A DNA stretch of 64,000 nucleotides from an uncultured archaeon (GTDB taxonomy: Archaea > Asgardarchaeota > Lokiarchaeia > Sigyniarchaeales > SOKP01). Positions within the stretch are counted from its first letter, which is position 1, and each line of letters begins with the position of its first letter. Of the stretch, positions 19,721-29,869 are shown one piece after another. Where the stretch lies: NCBI GenBank assembly GCA_964493715.1, contig CAZBPC010000004.1, positions 1 to 64,000 of the forward strand, given 5' to 3'. The position numbers and the translations under genes are program-made. The notes beneath the pieces are model-generated. The model ran no database searches. It saw nothing but the letters and a program-made list of their open reading frames with translations, and was not told the origin of the DNA.

Positions 19721-20486
19721 ATGTTTGGAGGCGGAGGTCGAACTTACGATCGCGCGTTGACCGTGTTCTCACCTGAAGGGCGTTTATTTCAAGTCGAATA
19801 TGCTTTAGAGGCAGTAAGGCGTGGGACACTAGCCGTTGCAGTAAAAACAAATGATTGCGTGTGTTTAGCAGCTCAAATTAAGATTCCCTCGACATTAATG
19901 AAAGCTGATTCAATTGATAAGATTTTCCAAGTCGATGAACATATTGGAGTTGCAATTTCTGGTTTACATGCAGATTCGCGTGCCTTAATTAATTACGCGC
20001 GAGTACAAGCCCAATCTTTTCGCTTAACTTACGATGAACCTGTCCGATTGAATATGTTGGTGAAAACAATCGCAGATATAAACCAGCAGTATACCCAGTA
20101 CGGTGGAAATTTCTGGAACAATTAGTTCCTGAACCAAAATCAGACCATTCGGGTGTGCTCTGTTTTTTATTGCGATAGATGGTGCGGGTACTCAAATTTA
20201 CACGACATCTCCAAGTGGAATTTATCGGTCATATAAAGCGTATGCTTTGGGTAACGGCGAAGCGACGGCGAGAGAATATCTCACTGAAAATTATAAAGAA
20301 GAAATGACTTTTGACGAGGCGATTAAATTGACGTTAAATGCGCTTATAGAATCGATAGACGAAGAGCCAACGAGAGAAAATATAAGACTCTCATATATTA
20401 AAGCAGATGATAAGAAATTTCACGAAGCTTCGAAGGACGAAGTAGAGAAATTCTTGAATTCAATAAAGAAAGAATTAAAAGCATAA
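19721..20486 (+). CDS. psmA: Proteasome alpha subunit, interrupted by a 31-nt insertion (spliced product 244 aa)
   Basis: YDRALTVFSPEGRLFQVEYA, GLHADSR and YTQYGG are in one frame. IRPFGCALFFIAID...TSPSG...YKAYALG resumes in the +1 frame at 20139. Removing 31 nt gives 735 nt, or 245 codons. Confidence 0.9.
20109..20139 (+). other. Candidate bulge-helix-bulge mRNA intron (31 nt)
   Basis: Internal hairpin UUC-U-GGAAC/GUUCC-U-GAA, central helix GUGG/CCAA (one G-A), 3-nt bulges AAA and AAU, and an exon-exon helix CAG(C)AGUAUACCC/GGGUGUGCUCUG. Predicted cuts regenerate GGA-AUC-AGA. Confidence 0.65.
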
Positions 20487-20637
20487 AATTTTTTTTTACC
20501 CTCTTTTTTAATAATCTTTAACCATTTGTAAGTTTAAAATTTCCATAAAACAGATAATAGCCTGTATTCTTATTCTAGCTCTATATTTTAGAATAAAATT
20601 TTAGCAATTCAAGAATGCTATAATAATCTATTAAAAA

Positions 20638-21186
20638 TTAGATTTTTCCAGCAGTTCTCAAAATTTCTAGGGTTAAATCTTTAAAGACTTCTTCCACTGA
20701 ATCTCCTCCTTTTGCGCTGGTTTCATAGTATTTTAAAGCTTTAAATTCATTTCGAATAGCTTCTCCATCTTGAATTGAAACTTCGCGCTTTCCTTCCCTA
20801 GCAAGATCTAATTTATTACCAACAATAAGACAAGGTTTTTGGCCTATCACTTTTTCTACTTCTACTCTCCATTCCATTAGATCTACAAATGATGATCTTC
20901 GTGATAGATCAAAGACATAAATTATACCCGTAGATCCCCGATAAAATGGTGGTCGTACAAAACTGAAATGTTTCTGTCCTGCAAGATCCCACAACTGTAA
21001 CTTAATTTGCAACTGTGGATATTCAGCTAATTCTACAGTCTTTGTATTGAAGTTTGAGCCTATAGTCATTAGATAATTCTCTTTAAACGAATCTTCGCAG
21101 TACCTAAGAACCATCGACGTTTTTCCAACCCCACCGTTCCCAACAACGCAAATTTTGTAAATATATGATTTTTTATGTTCTAACAT
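20638..21186 (-). CDS. Rab/Ras-like small GTPase
   Basis: G1 GNGGVGKT, G2 TIG, G3 WDLAGQ, G4 NKLD, G5 ETSAK. No C-terminal prenylation cysteines. Confidence 0.93.
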   Translation of the reverse strand: MLEHKKSYIYKICVVGNGGVGKTSMVLRYCEDSFKENYLMTIGSNFNTKTVELAEYPQLQIKLQLWDLAGQKHFSFVRPPFYRGSTGIIYVFDLSRRSSFVDLMEWRVEVEKVIGQKPCLIVGNKLDLAREGKREVSIQDGEAIRNEFKALKYYETSAKGGDSVEEVFKDLTLEILRTAGKI

Positions 21187-21385
21187 TACCCAACACCTTT
21201 CTATTCAAAATGACTTAATGCATACGAATTTTTACTATGATTTTTGAAGTGAGAACTTAGTGCCTCATGTACTATACGATATAATATTGAAACATATTAT
21301 AATATTATAATCAATAATAAAAATTACATATTATATATTTTTTCTATTTATTGATGTATTTTTATTAAAGATAGGAGATAATTGC

Positions 21386-22156
21386 ATGGTTGATTTGGAA
21401 AATAAAATTCAACAGATTGCCCAATTGATAATTGATTCAGAGAATGTTATTGCATTAACGGGTGCTGGTATGAGTACTGAAAGCGGAATAGCTGATTTTA
21501 GAAGCCCAGGTATTGGATTATGGGAAAAAGTGAATCCTGATGAGTTTGCAAGCATTCATTCTTATGTATCGGATACGGGAAAAAATTTGAAGTTTATGCT
21601 AGAAATGGGCGTGAGTATATTCAAATCAAAACCTAATAAAGGGCACAAATCACTAACGAAACTCCAGAAATTAGGCAAACTTAGGGGAGTTCTCACTCAA
21701 AATGTTGACGGATTACATAAACGTGCCAAAACTGAAAATGTTATCGAGTTACATGGAACCGCGCATGAAGCAATATGCATGCGATGCCACACCGTGTATC
21801 CTATCACAAAACTCATAGATCAAGTACTTAAAAGTAATAGAAGTCCTTCTTGTGAGGTGTGTCAAGGATTGTTAAAACCTAATGCAATATTTTTTGGGGA
21901 ACCACTTCATTCTGATACATTAATTGAAGCAGAAAAAATGTTATCTGGTTGCGATTTATTGTTGATTTTGGGATCTTCTCTCCTGGTATATCCTGTAGCA
22001 TTTTATCCACGTAAAGCGTTGTCAAATGGCGCTAAATTGGTGATTATTAACATACAAGAAACTGACATGGATGATCACGCAGAAGTAGTGCTTCATGAGA
22101 GGATCGGTGATGTAATGCCTAAAATCGTACAAATTGTAATTGAAAAATTGCTATAA
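21386..22156 (+). CDS. cobB: NAD-dependent protein deacylase (sirtuin)
   Basis: TGAGMSTESGIADFR, TQNVDGLH, ELHG, two CxxC, GSSL.VYP. Confidence 0.92.
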   Translation: MVDLENKIQQIAQLIIDSENVIALTGAGMSTESGIADFRSPGIGLWEKVNPDEFASIHSYVSDTGKNLKFMLEMGVSIFKSKPNKGHKSLTKLQKLGKLRGVLTQNVDGLHKRAKTENVIELHGTAHEAICMRCHTVYPITKLIDQVLKSNRSPSCEVCQGLLKPNAIFFGEPLHSDTLIEAEKMLSGCDLLLILGSSLLVYPVAFYPRKALSNGAKLVIINIQETDMDDHAEVVLHERIGDVMPKIVQIVIEKLL

Positions 22157-22303
22157 ATCACTTAAAAAGATACTTCGATTCTCAGTTTAAAATTTAAAAA
22201 ACAAGATATCTTTATAAATTCTGAAAAATATTACACTTTTGTAAATTTATTGGTTGAAATCTAATATAAATTTATTAAAATTGAAATAAAAAGGCATAAT
22301 ATA

Positions 22304-22702
22304 ATGACTGAAATTCAAAAATTTACCAAAATTACCTTACTTTTGTACGCATTAGGAGGTTTTATTTTTGCTTTTCTCTATTTGGTGATTTCCGATATTT
22401 ATATATACGATTTAACTGAGTGGCCATTTAACGACCCCGTGTACTTCAGATTTTTTGGAGGAACACTTTTAGTTCTTGGCTTATTTGCACTTTTATCTTA
22501 TTTTAAAAAGGAATGGGAAGAAATAAAAATATTATTCGAATTATCCTTGACATGGTTAATAATGGTGCTAATCATTAATTCTTTAGAATTAGCATTATTA
22601 ACTTTACCTGCCATGGCCACTACGAACACAATAATCAATACTGTTATCGTTATTATCTATATAGTTCTGGGTATTTACTGCTGGATGAAACAAAAAGGCT
22701 AA
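22304..22702 (+). CDS. Small 4-TM membrane protein
   Basis: Four hydrophobic segments; WPFNDP..RFFGG motif. Confidence 0.7.
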   Translation: MTEIQKFTKITLLLYALGGFIFAFLYLVISDIYIYDLTEWPFNDPVYFRFFGGTLLVLGLFALLSYFKKEWEEIKILFELSLTWLIMVLIINSLELALLTLPAMATTNTIINTVIVIIYIVLGIYCWMKQKG

Positions 22703-22795
22703 ATTAAAAATTTATATTTTTTTTTTAAATTTTACTTTCAAATAATTTAGATCTGTACAAAGAAAAGAAAAAAGAAAAAAATTATAATTAAAATA

Positions 22796-24511
22796 TTATT
22801 TTGAAGCTCTAAGAGCTTTCTTGTCCACTTTCCCGACTGAAGTTAGTGGAAGTTCCTCCGTGAATTCTAATATCTTCGGGACTTCATAAGGTGCACAATT
22901 ATCTTTTGCGTACTGGATAATATCTTCCTTTAATGCATCTTCATTTCCATCAAACGCAAAATTTGGATCGATTTGAATGTAAGCTTTTACAAGTTCCGAA
23001 CCGGGACGATCAGGATTTGGAATACCGATTGTAGCTATAGCTCCTATTGCAGGATGCTGGGTAAGAGTATCCTCAACTTTCACAGAAAATACTTTATATC
23101 CCCCAACGATTATCATATCTTTCGTTCTATCAACTATACGAACGTAACCATCTTCATCCATTACACCCATATCTCCAGTGTGCATATAACCATCAGAATC
23201 GATGGCTTTTTTCGTTTCATCTGGTTTATTGTAATAACCCGTGGTTACCATTGGACCTTTTACGCAGATTTCTCCTGGCTGACCTAAAGGTACTTCTTTG
23301 CCACTATCTGGATCCGATAGTTTCAAGTTGACGTTAGGTAGGGGTAATCCGACTGTTCCTAATTTTTTCTTACCTTTGGATGGATTTGCGCATGATAGTG
23401 GTGAAGTCTCCGTCATTCCATAAGCTTCTAAGAGTTTTCCTTCTCCTACAATACTTTCTAATATTTCTTGTGATTCTTTAGGGAAAGGGGCAGCTGCAGA
23501 AACTATAAAATCAAGCATATCTTTGTCTACTTTTTCAAATTTAGGATCTTTTAATAGCATTTGATATAATGTAGGCACATTTGCTAAGATATTAGGTCGA
23601 TATTTCAACATTTCCTTAATGATATGCCCTGTGTCACGCGGATTTGGTATTAGAACTTGCGTGTAACCAAGAGCGAGGACGTTGGCGCAGGTAAATAAAC
23701 CAGCTATGTGGAAGAATGGAAATCCCGATAAACCAGTACCGCTTCCAAATTCCCAGCTTAACCAATGTTGAAAGATTTTTACATCGCTGACAAAGTTTCT
23801 ATGCGTTAAAATGGCACCCTTAGGCGGTCCAGTGGTTCCACCGGTATATTGAACAAAAGCAATATCATCAGCACTTACTTTAATATCTGGTAAGGTATCA
23901 GCATATTTCCCTTTCACGTCCTTGTGATATTCTAAAACTGCCTTTCCTTCAATGGGTGTAACTTTTCCTTTTGGAACCTTTCCTAATAATTTCCCCATAA
24001 TACCCAAGAATTTTGGCATGAATCCCGCTACACTTGTGGTTACTACAAGCTTTAGTGACGGTAGCTTTGAAGCTATCTTGGTAATGTGACCTGCGAACAC
24101 GGCATCAAGTGTGAGTAACGCAACTTGTTTACCACCAGATCCAAGATCATTTAATTGATATTGGATTTGTACTGCAGACATGAGAGGAGAAACACCAGAC
24201 ACTATCATACCTATTTTTAAACCTCCAAGAGCCGCTATAACATATTCAGGAATGTTAGCTGTATTAAGACCGATAACATCTCCCTTTTTGAATCCATGTT
24301 CTATCAACATGTGTGCAAATTCATTTGAAAGTTTATCTAGATTGGCATAACTAATTTCAGTCCCATAAAAAGCCATTGCAATTTTATCTGGGACTTTTTC
24401 AAAAGTACTTCTTATCAATTCGGTATAAGATGTCTCAAATTCTTTAGGATCAAGATCATGAATCCCTTTATCATATGATTTTTCTTTCCAAAATCTACTA
24501 TTATACGACAT
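22796..24511 (-). CDS. Long-chain fatty-acid-CoA ligase (AMP-binding)
   Basis: QYTGGTTGPPKG, YGMTETSP, HTGD, DRTKDMI. Start moved to the ATG at 24511 (MSYNSRFW) by alignment with the paralog at 27727. Confidence 0.9.
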   Translation of the reverse strand: MSYNSRFWKEKSYDKGIHDLDPKEFETSYTELIRSTFEKVPDKIAMAFYGTEISYANLDKLSNEFAHMLIEHGFKKGDVIGLNTANIPEYVIAALGGLKIGMIVSGVSPLMSAVQIQYQLNDLGSGGKQVALLTLDAVFAGHITKIASKLPSLKLVVTTSVAGFMPKFLGIMGKLLGKVPKGKVTPIEGKAVLEYHKDVKGKYADTLPDIKVSADDIAFVQYTGGTTGPPKGAILTHRNFVSDVKIFQHWLSWEFGSGTGLSGFPFFHIAGLFTCANVLALGYTQVLIPNPRDTGHIIKEMLKYRPNILANVPTLYQMLLKDPKFEKVDKDMLDFIVSAAAPFPKESQEILESIVGEGKLLEAYGMTETSPLSCANPSKGKKKLGTVGLPLPNVNLKLSDPDSGKEVPLGQPGEICVKGPMVTTGYYNKPDETKKAIDSDGYMHTGDMGVMDEDGYVRIVDRTKDMIIVGGYKVFSVKVEDTLTQHPAIGAIATIGIPNPDRPGSELVKAYIQIDPNFAFDGNEDALKEDIIQYAKDNCAPYEVPKILEFTEELPLTSVGKVDKKALRASK

Positions 24512-24702
24512 TTTTTTCACGTATTTCAAATAACTTTTGTGCGATTTAAAAATCGCGTTATGATATATTGTAATTCTTTCTAATAAAAAGTTTGATTTTG
24601 GTTGAAATTTGCTAAAAAATTTATAAAAATAGGAATCCATATTTCAAAAATTTAAAATTTAATATTTATAAACCTAAAAAAGATAATTATTAATTAACAA
24701 TT

Positions 24703-25977
24703 TTGATGGTGGTTAAAATATTTGAAAAACACGAAAAATATCTAAACAACTATGTTGAGGTCATTGTCAAAAAAGCATTAAATTTACAACCAAATCAACG
24801 TTTGTTGATAATGTCACCTTTTGATCCCGGAGTTCCAATAGAACTTGCTTACTTCATAAGATTGATAGTGAAAAAGGCTTACGAAAGAGGAGCAAAATTA
24901 GTAGATGTGATGTGGAGAGACGATCAAGTTCAATTAACTCGTTATGAACATGCTCCTCGCGATTCCTTTGAAGAATATCCAATTTGGAGGAGTGAAACTG
25001 CAGTAAAATATCTTGAAAATGGAGATGCGATTTTATGCATATATGCTGAAGATCCAAACATTTTTAATAAAATTGATTCTAAACTACTTTCTATCACACA
25101 ACAGGTAATGTTTAAAAACATCAAGTCACTATTGGATAAAATCGGTAAAAATTTCTCCAATTGGGTAATGATTTCAGCTCCAATAGATGGATGGGCAAAT
25201 AAACTATTTTCCGAAATTCCTCAAGAAAAAAGAAAAGAATACTTCTGGGACTTGATCTTTGAAATTTGTCGCGTGAAAAATGATAATCCACTATTAAATT
25301 GGGATAACCATATTGACCAGTTAAACAAGAGAGGAGCCTTTTTAACAGAAAAGAAATATTCAGCTCTAAAATTACAAGGAATTGGGACAGATTTAACGAT
25401 TGGATTACCAAATGGTCATGTCTGGTTGAGTGGTTCTGAAGTGAGTAAAAATGGCATTACTTTCATAGCAAACATCCCAACTGAAGAAATATTTACTGTT
25501 CCTGATAGAAATAAGGTAAATGGTTATGTATCTAGTTCAAAACCACTTTTTTTTGGAAGTCGTTTAGTCGAGGATTTCAAACTTACATTTTCTGAAGGAA
25601 AAGTAGTAGAAGTAATAGCAAAACAAGGAATTTCTTTATTGAACGATTTATTAAACACGGATGAAGGATCGAGTCGAATTGGAGAGATTGCATTGGTTCC
25701 TAATAGTTCACCTATATCTCAAAGTGGAAAGTTATTTTACAACATTTTGATCGATGAAAACGCCGCGAGTCATATTGCATTAGGTTATGCTTATAGAACA
25801 AGTATTGATGGTGGAGATACCATGACAGACGATCAATTTAAAGAAGCGGGAGGGAATTTGAGTGGCATTCATGTAGATTTTATGGTTGGTTCTTCTGACC
25901 TCAATGTGGATGGAGTACTAAAAAATGGATCTATTGAGTCAATCATGAAAAAAGGAGAATGGACCTTTAAACTATGA
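24703..25977 (+). CDS. Aminopeptidase, M29 family (AmpS/AmpT/PepS)
   Basis: ANIPTEEIFT, GEIALV, FYNILIDENAASHIALG, HVDFM. Confidence 0.9.
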   Translation: MMVVKIFEKHEKYLNNYVEVIVKKALNLQPNQRLLIMSPFDPGVPIELAYFIRLIVKKAYERGAKLVDVMWRDDQVQLTRYEHAPRDSFEEYPIWRSETAVKYLENGDAILCIYAEDPNIFNKIDSKLLSITQQVMFKNIKSLLDKIGKNFSNWVMISAPIDGWANKLFSEIPQEKRKEYFWDLIFEICRVKNDNPLLNWDNHIDQLNKRGAFLTEKKYSALKLQGIGTDLTIGLPNGHVWLSGSEVSKNGITFIANIPTEEIFTVPDRNKVNGYVSSSKPLFFGSRLVEDFKLTFSEGKVVEVIAKQGISLLNDLLNTDEGSSRIGEIALVPNSSPISQSGKLFYNILIDENAASHIALGYAYRTSIDGGDTMTDDQFKEAGGNLSGIHVDFMVGSSDLNVDGVLKNGSIESIMKKGEWTFKL

Positions 25978-26014
25978 TTTCTAAAATAAAAAAGAATAAT
26001 AAAAATAAAAAAAA

Positions 26015-27727
26015 CTATTTTCTTAGAGTTTTTTTATCAATTTTTCCAATAACTGTCAATGGGATATCTTCCATAATGTGGATTTCCTTCGGAACTTCAT
26101 AAGCTGCGCAATTTTCCTTTGCAAAATTAATGAAATCTTCTTTCAATACTTCTTCGTTGCCATCATATTCAAATTCAGGATCTAATTGAATATATGCATT
26201 AACGATTTCAGATCCAGGACGATCAGGATTTGGTTCACCAACTAAAGCGATCAAGCCAACAGCAGGATGCTTGGCTAAAGTATCCTCAACTTTAGCACTA
26301 AAAACCTTGAATCCGCCGACAATAATCATGTCTTTTGTTCGATCAACAATCTGAACATAACCTTCCTCGTCCATCAATCCCACATCTCCGGTATGCATGT
26401 ATCCGTCTTTGTCTACTGCTTTAGCTGTTTCTCCTGGTTTATTGTAATATCCTTGCATAACTAATGGACCTGCGACGCAAATTTCACCCGGTTCTCCTAA
26501 TGGTATTTCTTCACAAGTCTCCGCGTCAATGATTTTCAATTTGACATTTTGAATAGGTAATCCTACTTTTCCCAATATTTTTTTGCCAATAGAAGGGTTC
26601 ATTGTTGCAACAGGTGAGAGTTCTGTCATTCCATAGAGTTCGAGTAGTTTTCCTTGACCAACTATCTCTTCAAGTTTTTCTTGAGACTCTTTTGGAAATG
26701 GAGAGGCTGCTGAAATACACATCCTTAATTTACTATGATCTAATCGTTTGAATTTCTTAAAATTAATTAAAATTTGATATAACGAAGGAACATTTACGAG
26801 GACGGTAGGATTATAGGTTTTAATTTGATTACAAATGTGTAATGCATCTCTCGGATTAGCGATAAGGATTTGACCCCAACCTAAGAAAAGGGCACTTTCA
26901 CATACAGTTAACCCTGCAATATGGAACATGGGAAATCCTGAAAGTAACATTCCTTCTGCTTCTTCCCATTGAAGCCACTTATTAATACATTTCATATTTG
27001 ATACGCAGTTTCTATGAGTAAGCATGGCACCCTTAGGTGGCCCTGTTGTTCCCCCAGTATATTGAATCCAACCAATATCATCTGGAGTAACATCTACTTT
27101 AGGTATTTCATCAGAGAACTTTGTCAAAACATCGTCTTGAAAATTATATACTATTTTCCCCTCAAGGGGAGTGACTTCTCCGGAAGGAATGTCTTGTACG
27201 GCTTTAATTTTTTCTTGTTGCTCTTTCGGAAATGAACCTATAACGCTTGTTACAACCACGACTTTAAGTTGAGGTAACGTTGATGCTATCTTTTTCAATC
27301 GATGCTCGAAAATAGCATCAAGTGTTACTAATGCAACTTGCTTTCCTCCCTTTCCAAGATCGTCCAATTGGTACTGCATTTGAATGTCAGACATTAAAGG
27401 ACTTACTCCTGAAACAATACAACCTGCTTTGAGCGTACCCACAACTGAATACACATACTCTGGAATATTGGCTAAATTAATTCCAACAGCATCCCCTTTT
27501 TTAAACCCATTTTTAACAAGCATATTTGCAAATTGATTAGAATACTTATCTACTTGATTAAATGTGATTTCTAAACCTTGATACGAAAGGGCCATAAGAT
27601 CTGGATACTTATCGAATATTTTTCTTAACATTTCAGGATACGTAGCTTCAAACTCTTTAGGATCAAGATCTTTTACATTTGGATCCCAATTTTTCATCCA
27701 GAACCGACTTTCATATGGACTTGTCAT
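26015..27727 (-). CDS. Long-chain fatty-acid-CoA ligase (AMP-binding)
   Basis: QYTGGTTGPPKG, YGMTELSP, HTGD, GKIDK; close paralog of 22796-24511. Confidence 0.9.
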   Translation of the reverse strand: MTSPYESRFWMKNWDPNVKDLDPKEFEATYPEMLRKIFDKYPDLMALSYQGLEITFNQVDKYSNQFANMLVKNGFKKGDAVGINLANIPEYVYSVVGTLKAGCIVSGVSPLMSDIQMQYQLDDLGKGGKQVALVTLDAIFEHRLKKIASTLPQLKVVVVTSVIGSFPKEQQEKIKAVQDIPSGEVTPLEGKIVYNFQDDVLTKFSDEIPKVDVTPDDIGWIQYTGGTTGPPKGAMLTHRNCVSNMKCINKWLQWEEAEGMLLSGFPMFHIAGLTVCESALFLGWGQILIANPRDALHICNQIKTYNPTVLVNVPSLYQILINFKKFKRLDHSKLRMCISAASPFPKESQEKLEEIVGQGKLLELYGMTELSPVATMNPSIGKKILGKVGLPIQNVKLKIIDAETCEEIPLGEPGEICVAGPLVMQGYYNKPGETAKAVDKDGYMHTGDVGLMDEEGYVQIVDRTKDMIIVGGFKVFSAKVEDTLAKHPAVGLIALVGEPNPDRPGSEIVNAYIQLDPEFEYDGNEEVLKEDFINFAKENCAAYEVPKEIHIMEDIPLTVIGKIDKKTLRK

Positions 27728-27994
27728 TTTAAAATCATTTTTACTTTTTTTATTTTTATTAAATATAATGTTAAGTATTATTATTGATGGAATTAGTTAT
27801 AAAGTTTTAATATGAAAATGAATATTGAATATTTTGATCTTATTTTGAAGTTAAATGAGAATAAATAATAAATAAAGAATAAATAAAGAATAAAAAGGAG
27901 AAATTTTATATTATCACCCTTTTTTTGACTAAATTTTAAATACCTATTCAAAACAATATAGATTATTTATATTGAAAAAAAAGGTAAAAAAAAA

Positions 27995-29767
27995 ATGAAT
28001 AATGAAATCGCTACCCCATGGTACAAATTCTGGCCTGAAAATGTACCCAAACATATTAACTATAGAGAAATCGCTTTAGGTGATATCCTTCGAAATACTG
28101 CTAAACAATATCCTGATTCACAAGCTATCTTTTTTGAGGGTTTTCGTCTAACTTATAAAGAATTGGATGAATTAGTTGATCAATTTGCAACTGGACTCTC
28201 AAAATTAGGTATTAAAAAAGGAGATATTGTTGGGATCGATTTACCGAATGTCCCTCAATTTGTTATTGCATTTTATGCGCTGCAGCGCCTCGGAGCAACA
28301 GCCAACCCCATCATCCCACTCCATCGTTTTGTAGAGATCGTACATCAGATAAATGACTCAGAAAGCGTGGCACTGATTATTCTTGATGCTTTATACGAAG
28401 AGCATCTGCATGAAAAGGATTTGAGCAAAATGCCCACCTTAAAATATGTTATTCTAACGGGAGTGGGAGAATATTTGCCTAAAATTAAGGCTGTGCTGGG
28501 AAAAGCCCTTGGTAAAGTTCCAAGGATGAAAAAGTGGCCCACCAAAGTAAATAATGTAGATTTTTTCGGGTTTCAAGACATCCTATCAAATGGAACAACT
28601 ATAACACTACCCGATATCAAGATCGATCCTAAAAATGACGTTGCCACGTTGATTTATACAGGTGGAACTACAGGTATCCCGAAAGGTGTAATGTTGACTC
28701 ACTTTAATATGTCAGCAAATGCAGAACAAGGTCTCGCGTGGATAGAAAATCAATTACCTGAAACCAAAGAATTACATGGTAAAGGTGGGGTTGGTCTCGT
28801 GGTTCCTTTTGCTCATGTATTTGGAATTTCGACAGGTATGAGTCTTGGAATCTCGGTTGGGTATAAATTAATCTTATTCGTCCAACCTCCCGAGAAAAAA
28901 TCGAAGATTTTAGAGGTTTTAATGAAAGAACAAGCGACTTTTATTCCTGGAGTCCCTACTCTCTGGAATTTAATTAATCAAGATTCCGATTCTATCAAAT
29001 ATAAAGGAGAATTGACTACTTTAAAGGCATGTGTTAGCGGAGGTGCCTCACTACCAGAAGAAGTTAAGAGAAAATTCGAGGATATCACTGGAGCCCTTAT
29101 TATTGAAGGATATGGGTTAAGTGAAACAAGTCCAAATTTATGTTGTGGTCCTTTTCATAATTATAAAGTAAACACAGTGGGTTTTCCCTTATCAGATACT
29201 TTAGTCAAAATCGTCGATATTAACGATGGTAAAACGCTCATTCCTCAATGTCCTGATGATGAGAGCACTGACAATCCGGAGTATTTTGGAGAAATTTGCG
29301 CCTATGGACCTCAGATCACGCCTGGATATTTAGGAAAGGAAGAAGAGAGTAAATATGCAATCAGAAAAGACGATCAAGGCAGAAAGTGGTTATTTACCGC
29401 TGATATTGGGTGCATCGACAAGGACGGGTATGTAATGATAAAAGACCGAAAACGCGATATGATAAAATATAAGGGACATGGCGTTTTCCCCGCGGAAGTA
29501 GAAAATTTAATGTACCAAAATGACGCCATTAGAGAGGTTGGGGTGATAGGAGTGCCCCATCCCGAAGGTACCGGTGAAACGATTAAAGCCTACGTATCCA
29601 TAAAAGAAGACTATCAAGGCAAGATTACGAAAGAGGAATTAATGGAATGGTGTAAGGAAAATATTAGCCCCTACAAATATCCACGAATCATCGAAATAAT
29701 TGATGAGCTCCCAAAAACCCTAGTTGGTAAAATTCTGCGTAGAGAATTGAGACAAATGGGAGATTAG
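27995..29767 (+). CDS. Long-chain fatty-acid-CoA ligase (AMP-binding)
   Basis: YTGGTTGIPKG, EGYGLSETSP, FTAD, DRKRDMI, LPKTLVGK. Confidence 0.9.
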   Translation: MNNEIATPWYKFWPENVPKHINYREIALGDILRNTAKQYPDSQAIFFEGFRLTYKELDELVDQFATGLSKLGIKKGDIVGIDLPNVPQFVIAFYALQRLGATANPIIPLHRFVEIVHQINDSESVALIILDALYEEHLHEKDLSKMPTLKYVILTGVGEYLPKIKAVLGKALGKVPRMKKWPTKVNNVDFFGFQDILSNGTTITLPDIKIDPKNDVATLIYTGGTTGIPKGVMLTHFNMSANAEQGLAWIENQLPETKELHGKGGVGLVVPFAHVFGISTGMSLGISVGYKLILFVQPPEKKSKILEVLMKEQATFIPGVPTLWNLINQDSDSIKYKGELTTLKACVSGGASLPEEVKRKFEDITGALIIEGYGLSETSPNLCCGPFHNYKVNTVGFPLSDTLVKIVDINDGKTLIPQCPDDESTDNPEYFGEICAYGPQITPGYLGKEEESKYAIRKDDQGRKWLFTADIGCIDKDGYVMIKDRKRDMIKYKGHGVFPAEVENLMYQNDAIREVGVIGVPHPEGTGETIKAYVSIKEDYQGKITKEELMEWCKENISPYKYPRIIEIIDELPKTLVGKILRRELRQMGD

Positions 29768-29869
29768 TAATTATACCTTATTTTAAATTTTTTTTTTAAT
29801 ACTCCACTAAATCCAATATTTTGATTCTCTTTAACAATTTATACATATCAAAATAATTAAAAAAAAGAT

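Noticed and set aside
19721-20486. Treating 19721-20125 and 20247-20486 as two genes or as a simple frameshifted pseudogene
   Set aside because: The missing conserved segment IRPFGCALFF...YKAYAL is intact at 20139-20246. The only lesion is one structured 31-nt insert, with no other decay.
24512-24640. 43-aa N-terminal extension of the acyl-CoA ligase
   Set aside because: Alignment with the paralog starts at MSYNSRFW (24511), and the extension is AT-rich intergenic-like sequence.
27861-27895. Short tandem repeat (AATAAATAAAG)x2
   Set aside because: Low-complexity AT-rich DNA with no spacers; not a CRISPR array. No CRISPR array, transposase or integrase was seen anywhere in the window.
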